64,000 nt of DNA from Tubiluchus corallicola (Eukaryota; Animalia; Priapulida), in the NCBI GenBank assembly GCA_030141605.1, contig JAQGDQ010000795.1, positions 31,027 through 95,026 on the forward strand. The letters run 5' to 3'. Under the pieces are notes generated by a model. The model worked only from the letters and a program-made list of their open reading frames with translations. It was not told where the DNA came from and made no database searches. Below, piece by piece: positions 38,800 through 50,692 of this stretch. The position numbers were made by a program, and so were the translations under genes. The first letter of the stretch is position 1, and each line of letters begins with the position of its first letter.

Positions 38800-41700
38800 C
38801 ATACATATATACATACATATATACACATATACATATACACATATATATATACATATACATACACACACATATATATATTTACACATGCATACACATATAT
38901 ATATATAGATATATATACATATACATATTTATATATACATGCAAATGATGATGATGATGATAAATCTTTATTTGCACAACATATTCATGCAAGGCCTCTA
39001 TTTGCAGGCTGATAATTCTACACAGAATCGTGATATTAGAATATATATCACGATTCTGTGTAGAATTATCAGCCTGCAAATAGAGGCCTTGCATGTATAT
39101 GTTGTGCAAATAAATATTTATCATCATCATCATCATTTGATCTCTTTTACTGAAAGAAGTTCCATTTACAATTAGCCTTATATGTAACTCATTTCTATGT
39201 TTCGCTGTGCCCAATCTCCTCTTTAGCCAAAGTCTCTTGGTTCGGACGACCTTACCTGCAATATCTTTCCATTTTACTCCATTTTTTTGGATTTTTGGCA
39301 GGCACGTTTCGATCAAAAACATAATGGAATTACTGGTACAAGTCGCCGAAGCCATGGCCTACCTGGAGGAGAAACGGTTCGTGCATCGAGATTTGGCTGG
39401 AAGAAATGTTCTTCTGGTAAATCAGAATTATGCCAAAATCTCAGATTTCGGAATGTCCCGCATGATCGGTGCCAACAATGATTACTACAAGGTACGAGGG
39501 CTTTTGTGTCACTAATGTTTTTTCATAGACGTGTGTGCTTGCAAACTAAAACCGTCCATATGTCGTTACAGTTATAACTACGCTTTAGAAAGCACAAAAC
39601 ATTTCGGTCAAATGTCAGTTTTTTTTTTATAAAAGCAAATGCTAAATATATTGGTTTTTATATTTTTGCATCAAAATATCAAGTCAAAAAGTACTGAAAA
39701 TCTAATTTTATAACCCTCTATCAACTGCAGTTGTAAGTAGCTCGTGGAAGCAGTCATTTTGCTTCGGGTTTTTGTGTTGCCAAACCCAGAACTTCATCAG
39801 CAAGAGCCATCTACTGGATTTAAACATAACTTTGATGTGTTCTTGCAAAGTCCATAGCGACCAGCCTTTCATACAGTTGCTAAATGTGTGCAGAAATGCG
39901 ACAAAAAACAATGACCGGCTTTAATAGTGATTTTCTCAAGTCAGAAAGAGCATCTGGAGCTTTGTTAATATGCGTAGCGCTTACGGACACATGGGAACAG
40001 TTAATGCACATCACGGATTATGTATCACAGTTCATGCATTATGCATTACAAGCACATGGAGTCGTGGCTTAGCAATGGACATCGTATTACAAATGTCAGC
40101 ATTTTCATTATTGGAACCGGGGAGAAATATTAGGCTTGGGTAATAAACAATACAGGTAATTACCCGGGCACCCGATTGAAACACTGTCTTTCGGACATCC
40201 TATAAAATTTTTACTAATATACACTGCTGTCTATCGTATATATTAATTCTACTGGTATGTTATATATATATATATTTATATATGTATATAATATTCGAGG
40301 CTACAGCTCGGACGGCGGCACCACTTGTGGTGATCTGTATATCATACGAAAGGTCTCGATCTAGTGTCGTGCCATTGGGGGTTTATTTTTCGAATCGGCC
40401 CACTGGGACGAACGGGGGTGGGGGGCGAAAAACCTCCAAAAATGGCTATTCTCTGGACGGATGTTTTTTGTAAAAGTTATGCATCTGAGATATGGAGAAT
40501 GGGAACGGGCCATGGGTGGTGCTGGCTATGGATAGATAGCCCATTCAGCAGTGGGTGTCATAGGCATATTTAGAATTTGCGAGAGGGCCACGGCGTCCTG
40601 CAACGGGCATTTCACCGGATCCAACTCACGATTTTTTCGAAATTTTGACCAAACAGCCTGCAAAAACATGTTCTAGCGGCGCCTGGTGGGACTCTCAAAA
40701 GGAGATATATAGCTCTTTAGAAAGAGGAGGAAAAGTGCTACAGAATGATGTGGGCTATATTTTAGGACACATCCACCAAGAGGAGTACCGACGAGTTAAT
40801 TAGATGTTCTATTTTCGGCAATTTTCGCTTGCAAAACTGCTGACGCAAAGCCATTGTTATGACATCATCCATTATACTCTGCCTATAACTTCAATTCAGT
40901 AAAAGCTGCTACTGGCTTTGCATTATAAATGAGGAATATGTAGGATGTTTGTGCATTATTGATTATATATAAGTGTATTTATTCGCAAAATTTTTTTGCG
41001 GGGCCTTTGCTAGTGTATGTTTAATATACACCTGCTGTACTACTAATTCACTGACTTGTAAAAAACAAAGACTAGTAATTTTACATACTTTTCTTTTTCG
41101 TATTGAAAAATAAACCATTTTAAAGGTAACTACTCGAGAACAGAAATTAATTTCCTTTGAAGCTTTGCATTTTATCTATATTTGGTTATGTTTAAGGCTC
41201 AGTGCTACGGAGCGTGGCCGCTGAAATGGTACGCTCCTGAGTGCATCTTCTACCACAAGTTCAATTCAAGTTCTGACGTGTGGAGCTACGGAATTACGTG
41301 CTGGGAATGTCTGTCATACGGGTCGAAACCGTACTTGGTAAGTCACAATGTGGATGCAGAAACTAACAACATGTTCAAACTAGTGACAGCAAACTCGCAA
41401 GTGTGAACTGCTTTGAGTTACTGTCGACAAGAAATTGCAAACCCTCTCACACTTGCTGCGAGTTGATTTACTGTCTAGTGTGAACTGCTTTGAGTTACCG
41501 TCGACAAGAAATTGCAGCCCTCTCACACTTGCTGCGAGTTGATTTACTGTCTAGTGTGAACTGCTTTATGAGTTGCTGTTGACAAGAAATTGCAACCCTC
41601 TCACACTTGCGAGTTGATTTACTGTCTAGTGTTAACGGCTTTATGAGTTACTGTTGACAAGAAATTGCAAACCCTCTCACACTTGCTGCGAGTTGATTTA

Positions 41701-44700
41701 CTGTCTAGTGTGAACTGCTTTATGAGTTACCGTCGACAAGAAATTGCAAACCCTCTCACACTTGCTATGAGTTGATTTACTGTCAAGTGTGAACTGCTTT
41801 ATGAGTTACTGTCGACAAGAAATTGCAAACCCTCTCACACTTGCTGCGAATTGATTTACTGTCTAGTGTGAACTGCTTTATGAGTTACTGTCGACAAGAA
41901 ATTGCAAACCCTCTCACACTTGCTGCGAATTGATTTACTGTCTAGTGTGAACTGCTGTATGAGTTACTGTCGACAAGAAATTGCAATCCCTCTCACACTT
42001 GCTGCGAATTGATTTACTGTCTAGTGTGAACTGCTTTATGAGTTACTGTCGACAAGAAATTGCAAACCCTCTCACACTTGCTGCGAATTGATTTTCTGTC
42101 TAGTGTGAACTGCTTTATGAGTTACTGTCGACAAGAAATTGCAAACCCTCTCACACTTGCTGCGAATTGTTTTTCTGTCTAGTGTGAACTGCTTTATGAG
42201 TTACTGTCGACAAGAAATTGCAAACCCTCTCACACTTGCGAGTTGATTTACTGTCTAGTGTGAACTGCTTTATGAGTTACTGTTGACAAGAAATTGCAAA
42301 CCCTCTCACACTTGCTGCGAGTTGATTTACTGTCTAGTGTGAACTGCTTTATGAGTTACAGTCGACAAGAAATTGCAAACCCTCTCACACTTGCTGTGAG
42401 TTGATTTACTGTCTAGTGTGAACTGCTTTATGAGTTACTGTCGACAAGAAATTGCAAACCCTCTCACACTTGCTGCGAATTGATTTTCTGTCTAGTGTGA
42501 ACTGCTTTATGAGTTACTGTCGACAAGAAATTGCAAACCCTCTCACACTTGCTGCGAGTTGATTTACTGTCTAGTGTGAACTGCTTTATGAGTTACCGTC
42601 GACAAGAAATTGCAACCCTCTCACACTTGCTGCGAATTGATTTACTGTCTAGTGTGAACTGCTTTATGAGTTACCGTCGACAAGAAATTGCAATCCCTCT
42701 CACACTTGCTGCGAGTTCATTTACTGTCTAGTGTGAACTGCTTTATGAGTTACCGTCGACAAGAAATTGCAAACCCTCTCACACTTGCTGCGAGTTGATT
42801 TACTGTCTAGTGTGAACTGCTTTATGAGTTACCGTCGACAAGAAATTGCAACCCTCTCACACTTGCTGCGAATTGATTTACTGTCTAGTGTGAACTGCTT
42901 TATGAGTTACTGTCGACAAGAAATTGCAAACCCTCTCACACTTGCTGCGAGTTGATTTACTGTCTAGTGTGAACTGCTTTATGAGTTACCGTCGACAAGA
43001 AATTGCAAACCCTCTCACACTTGCTGCGAGTTGATTTACTGTCAAGTGTGAACTGCTTTATGAGTTACCGTTGACAAGAAATTGCAAACCCTCTCACACT
43101 TGCTGCGAATTGATTTACTGTCTAGTGTGAACTGCTTTATGAGTTACTGTCGACAAGAAATTGCAAACCCTCTCACACTTGCTGCGAATTGTTTTTCTGT
43201 CTAGTGTGAACTGCTTTATGAGTTACTGTTGACAAGAAATTGCAAACCCTCTCACACTTGCGAGTTGATTTACTGTCTAGTGTGAACTGCTTTATGAGTT
43301 ACTGTTGACAAGAAATTGCAAACCCTCTCACACTTGCTGCGAGTTGATTTACTGTCTAGTGTGAACTGCTTTATGAGTTACTGTCGACAAGAAATTGCAA
43401 TCCCTCTCACACTTGCTGCGAGTTGATTTACTGTCTAGTGTGAACTGCTTTATGAGTTACCGTCGACAAGAAATTGCAACCCTCTCACACTTGCTGCGAG
43501 TTGATTTACTGTCTAGTGTGAACTGCTTTATGAGTTACTGTCGACAAGAAATTGCAACCCTCTCACACTTGCTGCGAATTGATTTACTGTCTAGTGTGAA
43601 CTGCTTTATGAGTTACTGTCGACAAGAAATTCCAAACCCTCTCACACTTGCTGCGAATTGATTTACTGTCTAGTGTGAACTGCTTTATGAGTTACTGTCG
43701 ACAAGAAATTCCAAACCCTCTCACACTTGCTGCGAATTGATTTACTGTCTAGTGTGAACTGCTTTATGAGTTACTGTCGACAAGAAATTGCAAACCCTCT
43801 CACACTTGCTGCGAATTGATTTACTGTCTAGTGTGAACTGCTTTATGAGTTACTGTCGACAAGAAATTGCAACCCTCTCACACTTGCTGCGAATTGATTT
43901 ACTGTCTAGTGTGAACTGCTTTATGAGTTACTGTCGACAAGAAATTGCAACCCTCTCACACTTGCTGCGAATTGATTTTCTGTCTAGTGTGAACTGCTTT
44001 ATGAGTTACTGTCGACAAGAAATTGCAAACCCTCTCACACTTGCTGCGAGTTGATTTTCTGTCTAGTGTGAACTGCTTTATGAGTTACTGTCGACAAGAA
44101 ATTGCAAACCCTGTCACCTAAATGGATGGTTTCCATGAGAAATGTGGTAGCAGTAGCGTGGAGAAAAGTAAAATGCAAACCCTTGTGAAACCAAAAGGTC
44201 AAATGCTTTGATTACAAACCTTAAATCAGACCTGCTCAGACTTCTAAATTAAAGCAGCGATTACGTTACTTTTGATCATTTTCTAACTTTGTACTTCTCA
44301 CACAATTGCGTTTCATGCAAAATTACTTATGAAATACACTTGCTTACCTTAGACCAGTGGTTCCCAAACTAGGGGTAAATTACCCCCCGGGGGTAATATG
44401 GTTTTTTTGGGGGGTAACGGGCACCCCTCTAAAAATTTTTAAAACTTCGCTCGGAATGCATTTTACGTAGTTTTCTTCTTGAAGAGACTGCCTCCGGTAA
44501 TACTTGTTTTGGCAACAATACAACAACAACACCTGGAAATTTATTTATGTCACGAGCAAACATAAATAATTTTGCTTGCTTGTGGCATATACGTGTGTTT
44601 ACTTTTTGAGTTGGAGAAGTAGTACTAGGTGGGGGTAATGGACAAGACTGGGTTTCCCGATTTGGGTAACGGTCCGAGAAAGTTTGGGAACCACTGCCTT

Positions 44701-47700
44701 AGACAAATTAAATATAAATTTTTGACCAAAAAATCAAGAAAGCTTTCATCAACTACAGTATTTGCACTGCAACAAGTTTGCAATTACAGCATCAGTTGTG
44801 TGAAATCGGCTAATGTAGAAAATTTCAACTATCCAGACACAACACTCTGATACACTTTGGCTTCAAGTCTACTCTATTTTTAAGGAGACTGTTTGAAGCT
44901 GCTATAAATCTATGTATTTATAAAGTAACTGAAATCATTTTTCTTTAATAGCAACATTACATATTTTGACAAATATAATTTTAACCATTTATCTATAACG
45001 AGAAACATTTCTCTTTAGTATGACAGAATTTTGAAAAATATAATTGTATCTTTTACTGCCATAAATACATAAGATGGTCACAATGGAAATAGGCTAATAT
45101 TATTCTTTTGGTTGTCTTTATCCTTGTATGTATCCTTATTATACAGTATATTAATTAATTAAGCCTTTTTAAAGAGATAATTCAGCATACTTCTACTCTC
45201 ATTTGTGTTGTGTTTCGTTTCTCTCGGAAGGCTCGTAGAGAAAACCAGAAAACACGTCGTCAAATTAAACTAGTTTATTAAGCGAGAATTCTACAACACA
45301 AGAGTATGAAGGAACGCGAAATCTTTACAGTAAACGTGAAAATCTGGAAAACGTTTAAGTGCATCTGAAAATGCAAGTATACAAGAGAATGTGTAAGTGT
45401 ACGTCTGTGCGAATCTGTGTGTGTCCGTCAGGTTCGTCTTATATGAGGTGCCTGGGAACATTCTAGACGAGTCTTTCTAGAGCATTCTACACGGTAAGAC
45501 GATTATTGTAACGGAACATTCTACAATGTTCTATTTAATTCTAATAGATGCCAGCGATCTCCACAACAATTTTATAGTAACTTTTCACAGTAACTTAGTT
45601 TCAGCTATTTAGTGAAGGCCCCTTAGCTAGCGGAGGCTCTTGGGCTGCAACCCTTAAAACCCACGCCTTGATCCGGCACTGGATAGAGTAGTGCATTGGC
45701 TCATTTGAACATTAGTCTTGTCCTTGGTGTAAGCAAGTATTTAGTAGAAATATTCAAAATGCTAGCATGTAACGCAGTCAGTAGCAGTCTCATAACTAAA
45801 ATTAGTGGGGTGCTGCAAAATCAAAAATTTTTAGCCATAGTTTTAATACTGTGTAAAACGAAACAAACATATTTAATTATGCTGTAATTGTGATTTTAAA
45901 CAAACTAATTTAAGCATAACCTTGATAAACTCATAAACAAAAAATATTATTTTCTTACGAATTGCCTAAATTGTCACAGTTCAAGAATATGCCGGCACAC
46001 GGCTTTTAAACACGTGACAACCGAAAACACGTACTGCAGTGAGCACCAGTCCTCTTGCTACTTAAAGTACAGCGTCTTGTCTCAGACTTGTGCGCATGGG
46101 CGCGTGCACACAACAGCTAAACACACCGCTGTGCTCGGCTGTGAAGCAAACAGTACTACTCTCATGTGCCGAAGAAAGAACTAAAGAAAAAAGATTTATT
46201 ATATTAAATATTATCGATAATAATGAGTGAAGACAGAGGGTGCTGCAGTACCACAGTACCGATACACGAGACTACACTGAACACAACAGCCAGTATAGGA
46301 TTCTACATGCTTTAGTGTTGTGCATTTCATTATGTTAGAGATACCACACAGACATGGTATCACGGCATACATGTAATTGCCACTGTTATTTCAGAATAAA
46401 GATGCAAACGAATTTCTGGCCATGTTGCAAGCTGGAGAACGACTCGAAAAGCCTCTCAACTGTCCAACTCACGTATACGACGTCATGCTTCAGTGCTGGG
46501 CATATACGTAAGTACAATAAGTTCTCACTTAACGACGATGTTCCGCTTAGCGACGTTTCGCTTAGCAACATTTCATTTTAACGACTCCAACTTCCCACAT
46601 TTTTTACTCGTAAGTTTCATTTTAGCGACGATTTAATAACAACGCAAGTACAATAAGTTCTCGCTTAACAATGTTCCGCTTAGCGACATTTCATTTTAAC
46701 AACAACTTTCCACACATTTTTCACTCAACGTCGCTTGTTTCATTTTAACGACGATTTAATAACAATGCAAGTATAGTAAATTCTCGCTTAACAACGCTCT
46801 GCTTAGCATCATTCTGTTTTAACGACTAACTTTCGACACATTTTTCACTTAACGTCGCATGTTTCATTTTAACGACGGTTTACTAATAATACAAGTACGA
46901 TTTTATTGTTATTATTATTTTAGCAGGATTATTTTACAAGACTTTCTGCTTAGAGAGACTATAGACCTAATCCCCGGTTATATAATTTTATATGTGAGTT
47001 GTTTGGAGTCTGTCGTCATAAAAAATTTGATTGCATAACATGCTATTTTTCGAGGTCGTTAGCATCACAATTTGTGTTTCTTCGCTCATGAGAAACGTTA
47101 GCATTAACCTCTTTGCTGCCCTGCAGTTTGCATTGAAGCTGGAGTAGTTACAGGAAGACGGGATGATTTTTCGTATACTCCCCCATTTTCAAGTCCGATA
47201 AAAAAGTATACATTTTAACACGATTAATACTGCAGGAGCAATTCTGATAATTAAATAATAGACTAAAAATTTGAATAACGGGCAGTGAATGCAACTATTG
47301 ATGACATCACAAACAAACATAATTTTCAGCACAAATATTGCACTAGCATGTTGTACGTGTTTGTGAAAGTGAAAATTGAAGTACAGTGCTACTGTAACAT
47401 ACTCAGTGTGTTGTACAAAAACTAGACAAGTCTTAAGTTAAAATTTCAAATTTAGCACTGTGCTCACACATGAGCTGTCGAACGTGTATAGTTCATCACA
47501 AACTAACACATGTGAACCGAGAGGTACAGCACCTGTTTCTTGTGCAATGCGTTTCCGAAATACAGACGCTAGTGCCCGTCTAACTAACTAGCGAATGCCA
47601 AAATTCATGTAACAGCGAAGAACTAGTGGCGCGAACGTGAAATTGTGTTTGTGTGGTAATAATTCTTTCACGAAAGGCTTTCTTTAAAAACACTATATAT

Positions 47701-48434
47701 AAACAATATATCCTTTCAATATTTTAAAATGTAGATTGTTTTGATGTACAGTTTAAGATTAGGTCCGGTTTTGCTTTAAATATTTTAAGAAAGGGAAGTA
47801 GTGTTTCTGCTATAGATATTACTGCCGACCACATTTAAAATTATTTGTGGTTGAATGTACGTATTTTGTGAATCTGTGCGTTTTTATGTGTTTGTAGTTT
47901 TATGATATTTAGTAGGATTACTGTTTAATTTTGTAAACCTTTTTTAAGTCTGTCATGATGATTTTAAATATTTTTGTGAAGCATCTTTGAATATTGTCAT
48001 TCGTGCTGTCTATAGACTTAGATGCCACGCAAAGTAAATATCATCGTCATCATTATTTTCATTACCATTACCATTATTATTATTATTATCAATATGTCTA
48101 TTGATTTAGAGGCTATACAAATTAATTATTATTATTATATTAAATTACGTTAATTGTTTTTGTTTTTTGCCTTTATTTTTCGATAAGTTCATTTTGACAC
48201 CCAAAAGAGCAAAAATTTCTGCGGTCTAATTTGCCCTCCTGGACCCCGGTCAGCGGCGAGACGACCTCCTGGAATTTCTACGTTTCACACTTAGTGTTAC
48301 GTCAAATTGTTGGCAGCTCTGTAACAGGTAAATAAAATTGTCCATTTTCTATTTCTATTTTCAGACCCGAAGACAGGCCCAATTTTGCAACATTAGCGAC
48401 TTCGATGAGAAGCTGCTGTTTATCGATCAGTTGA
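23012..48434 (+). CDS. SYK: SYK/ZAP70-family tyrosine kinase (tandem SH2 + kinase), spliced, 539 aa
   Basis: Exons 23012-23193, 24408-24648, 26721-26851, 28789-28924, 29511-29580, 34534-34620, 35097-35270, 38117-38201, 39302-39491, 41197-41337, 46395-46507, 48365-48434. All GT-AG with compatible phases; total 1620 nt. Motifs [76 protein letters not shown]; Kozak ccgccATG. Confidence 0.93.
24408..24648 (+). CDS. SYK: SYK coding exon 2 (N-SH2 second half, interdomain A)
   Basis: tttctag|..[37 protein letters not shown]|gtgatg. Confidence 0.88.
26721..26851 (+). CDS. SYK: SYK coding exon 3 (C-SH2 start)
   Basis: cattctag|[44 protein letters not shown]|gtgagt. Confidence 0.88.
28789..28924 (+). 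CDS. SYK: SYK coding exon 4 (C-SH2 core)
   Basis: cttttcag|[45 protein letters not shown]|gtaacc. Confidence 0.88.
29511..29580 (+). CDS. SYK: SYK coding exon 5 (C-SH2 end)
   Basis: tttttccag|[23 protein letters not shown]|gtgagt. Confidence 0.88.
32585..34380. repeat. ~1.8 kb compound trinucleotide repeat (GCT/CCT/GAT-ACT) in SYK intron
   Basis: gctcctgctgctgatact motifs; source of the poly-L/poly-C/AP-rich ORFs. Confidence 0.95.
34534..34620 (+). CDS. SYK: SYK coding exon 6 (interdomain B, kinase start)
   Basis: gtttaag|[29 protein letters not shown]|gtaaag; YxxxY motif before the kinase domain. Confidence 0.8.
34803..34880 (+). mobile_element. tRNA-derived SINE head or tRNA pseudogene
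   Basis: A-box-like tggtgtagtag and B-box-like gagttcaaacc at Pol III spacing; no clean cloverleaf. Confidence 0.5.
35097..35270 (+). CDS. SYK: SYK coding exon 7 (Gly-loop, VAVK, alphaC)
   Basis: ttctag|[39 protein letters not shown]|gtacaa. Confidence 0.93.
35322..35859. mobile_element. Kolobok-like MITE
   Basis: TTAA|aggaagacc ... ggttttcct|TTAA; right end recurs at ~27360-27540 and its mirror ~5372-5550. Confidence 0.7.
37059..38076. mobile_element. TIR DNA element (tgtgtgcttg family) with a nested LINE-like 3' end at ~37100-37460
   Basis: tgtgagcttgcaaaccaaaac ... gtttttgctgttcaagcacaca; colinear with 39531-39940 and 48815-50692. Confidence 0.7.
38117..38201 (+). CDS. SYK: SYK coding exon 8 (kinase hinge)
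   Basis: ttttcag|[28 protein letters not shown]|gtgagc. Confidence 0.92.
38755..38940. repeat. (TA)n/(TACA)n microsatellite
   Basis: Direct reading. Confidence 0.95.
38942..39139. repeat. ~200-bp near-perfect foldback inverted repeat
   Basis: ~92-bp arms, (atg)n..gcaaggcctctatttgcaggctgataattctacacagaatcgtgatat and its reverse complement; short loop. Confidence 0.95.
39302..39491 (+). CDS. SYK: SYK coding exon 9 (catalytic and activation loops)
   Basis: ttggcag|[63 protein letters not shown]|gtacga. Confidence 0.95.
39531..39940 (+). mobile_element. Truncated copy of the tgtgtgcttg TIR family
   Basis: gtgtgtgcttgcaaactaaaac..gaagcagtcattttgcttcggg..agtgattttctcaag. Confidence 0.7.
40260..41012 (+). 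mobile_element. Non-autonomous Helitron-like element
   Basis: 3' hairpin cgcaaaa-ttt-ttttgcg followed 8 nt later by CTAG|T; (TA)n-rich 5' end; no TSD; 5' boundary approximate. Confidence 0.65.
41197..41337 (+). CDS. SYK: SYK coding exon 10
   Basis: tttaag|[47 protein letters not shown]|gtaagt. Confidence 0.95.
41401..44115. repeat. 78/79-bp satellite, ~34 copies, intronic
   Basis: Unit gtgtgaactgctttatgagttactgtcgacaagaaattgcaaaccctctcacacttgctgcgarttgatttactgtcta. Confidence 0.98.
44355..44696. mobile_element. hAT-Charlie-type MITE
   Basis: TIR cagtggttcccaaact/agtttgggaaccactg; perfect 8-bp TSD ccttagac. Confidence 0.93.
45206..45568 (-). mobile_element. Probable solo LTR
   Basis: TGTTGTG...CACAACA termini; flanks atttg/atttt; minus-strand AATAAA and TATA-like motif; internal ttctaga repeats. 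Confidence 0.55.
46395..46507 (+). CDS. SYK: SYK coding exon 11
   Basis: atttcag|[38 protein letters not shown]|gtaagt. Confidence 0.93.
46510..46900. repeat. Three ~130-bp tandem units resembling Tigger-MITE ends
   Basis: aagtacaataagttctcrcttaac..gcttagcgac..tttcattttaacgacg repeated. Confidence 0.75.
47104..47680. mobile_element. Dispersed repeat, possibly piggyBac-like MITE; copies at ~31100-31460 (mirror ~1450-1810) and ~60360-60850
   Basis: ttaacctcttt start; shared gtgctcacrcatgagct..gagaggtacagcacctg..aagaactagtggcgc. Confidence 0.65.
48365..48434 (+). CDS. SYK: SYK terminal coding exon
   Basis: ttttcag|[22 protein letters not shown]; TGA at 48432-48434. Confidence 0.9.
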
Positions 48435-48814
48435 GAAAGGAAGACACATACGAGATCAGATAACCTTGGGTATTAGTCAAAATTTGCTTAATCGAATGCA
48501 TCGACTTGGTACTCCAAACTGTCAAATCGATTACAGTCAAATCTCTGTAAATTGCCCACTTTGAGGGACAGCAGAGAAAATGGCATTGGGTGAATTTGAG
48601 ACACAAAAGCAGACAGCATTTATTTACCTTCGCTTGTTTAACTAACAGCATTGGCACTAACGGCAGTTTGGCATTATGACGAGTTGCATTGACGTGTAAA
48701 AGTCTGTGCAAATATAGACATTTTGCTTTGCCAAAAATTTTGGTGCTAAACGACGTTGACATTAACGAGGTTTGACGATAGGTACTAAAGGTCATGTTAT
48801 ATTATCTGTACATT

Positions 48815-50692
48815 TGTGTGCTTGCAAACCAAAACTGTCTATTAATCGGCATAGTTAAAATTGCGTTATTATGGTTCAAGTAGAATACATGAAAAACGGG
48901 ATTAAATGTCAGCTTATTGTTTTTTGTTAAAACAAATGGTGGGTAGATTGCAGTTTAGGAGGTTCTTTTCTAAGTCGCTCTCACGTCGGCCTAATCAGAA
49001 ATATCGCTGAAAGCAGGACTACAATAGAAGTTGCATCGTTTATCCGCACACTGATGTAAAGAAAAACTGAAACGTACCTCCTATTCACATAAAAATAATT
49101 TTGAAGCTGTTAGGGTCGCGAAAACGGTCTAAGATTGAGCGATTTTATGAAATATTTTCATTTGGAAGTTAGCAGAGATGATATTTTTTATCTCCTACTG
49201 TGCAGCGCAGCCTAGGAAGTATCCGCACTTCACCAAAAAAGAATCAAAGTCAAAGTGTAAACTTACTGAAAAGTTAAAGAGTTTCGTCCGAATTTTTCAA
49301 CATGCGCCAGTTTGCAGCGCACGTGTGTACCAGTAAGTGGCGTACTCTACCAGCGTTGTTTTGTAACTTTTGTTTCTCTTTTGAAACGCGGTGCAACCAG
49401 CAAAGCAGGGTTGCAATTTATGCAATAAAATATTTAATATCGAAACACATGATAATATGGCGCTTCATGCTCGTACAGTCACGAAAAAAGATGACTGTAC
49501 GAAGATTGTTAATTAGTTGGTTAGCTAAGCTAGTCAGTTGGCAGGTTGAGTTACACAGCTTGGCGTTCTTGGAGGCTTCGTGATGGAGTGGAAGAGGGAG
49601 GAGGTTGGAGTAAGGAGGAGGAGGTAGAGTGTGAGGTAAGTGGTAGGGAAGGTAGTCGGGTGTGAGGAGAACCACATAAACTGCAAGTTCACCCAAGTGC
49701 TGAATGTAAAGGCTTTTATATTCTATTATCAAATCATCAGGAAAATGTTCAGAAAATACTAAAAATTTAATGTTATAACTTCTGTGCCTAAAAACTAGTA
49801 CTGGAATTGTGAAAATCTTGTATTTTCAAATTCCGATAGTAGCTCCTGCTAGCAGTCAATTTGCTTGCAGTTTTTTCTGTTGCCAAACCCAGATCTTTAT
49901 CAGGAAGAGCCATATACTGGATTTAAACATAGCATCAATGTGTTCTTGTAAAGTCCATGGCAACCAACATTTGTGCGGTTGCTAAGGAAGAGCCATTTAC
50001 AGGGTTTAAACATAATATCAATGTGTTCTTGTAAAGTCCATAGCAACCAACATTTGTGCAGTTGCTAAGGAAGAGCCATCTACTGGATTTAAACATAACA
50101 TCAATGTGCTCTTGTAAAGTCCATAGCAACCAACATTTGTGCAGTTGCTAAGGAAGAGTCATCTACTGGATTTAAACATAACATCAATGTGTTCTTGCAA
50201 ACTCCATAGCAACCAACATTTGTGCGGTTGCTAAAGAAAAGCCTTCTACTGGATTTAAACATATTATCAATGTGTTCTTGTAAAGTCCATAGCAACCAAC
50301 ATATGTGCGGTTGCTAAGGAAGAGTCATCTACTGGATTTAAACATAACATCAATATGTTCTTGCAAAGTCCGTAGCAACCAACGTTTGTGTGGTTCCTAA
50401 GAAAGAGCCATCTATTGGATTTAAACATAACATCAATGTGCTCTTGTAAAGTCCATAGCAACCGACATTTGTACGGTTGCTAAGTGTTTTGTAAAAACGC
50501 GAACAATGGCTGACTTTAACAGTGATTTTCTCAAGATTATGTTTTTCAGTGCGTAGCCTGCACCTCAGCTTCAACGTGGATTATCTCTGCTTAGAACTAC
50601 AATAAAAAAATGAACAAAATTATCCTCATTAGATGGAGATCAGAATCCAGCTTAATTGCCGACTTCCGGACGTTTTTGATATGCAAGCAAAC
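48815..50692. mobile_element. TIR DNA element (tgtgtgcttg family) with internal tandem expansion and nested sequence
   Basis: tgtgtgcttgcaaaccaaaac ... gtttttgatatgcaagcaaaca. Confidence 0.7.
49903..50483. repeat. 83-bp tandem repeat, 7 copies
   Basis: Unit ggaagagccatctactggatttaaacataacatcaatgtgttcttgtaaagtccatagcaaccaacatttgtgcagttgctaa. Confidence 0.95.

Noticed and set aside
38673-39012. YI-repeat ORFs
   Set aside because: (TA)n microsatellite
41401-44115. Repeat array as CRISPR or coding repeats
   Set aside because: Head-to-tail units without spacers; a 79-bp period breaks frame; intronic
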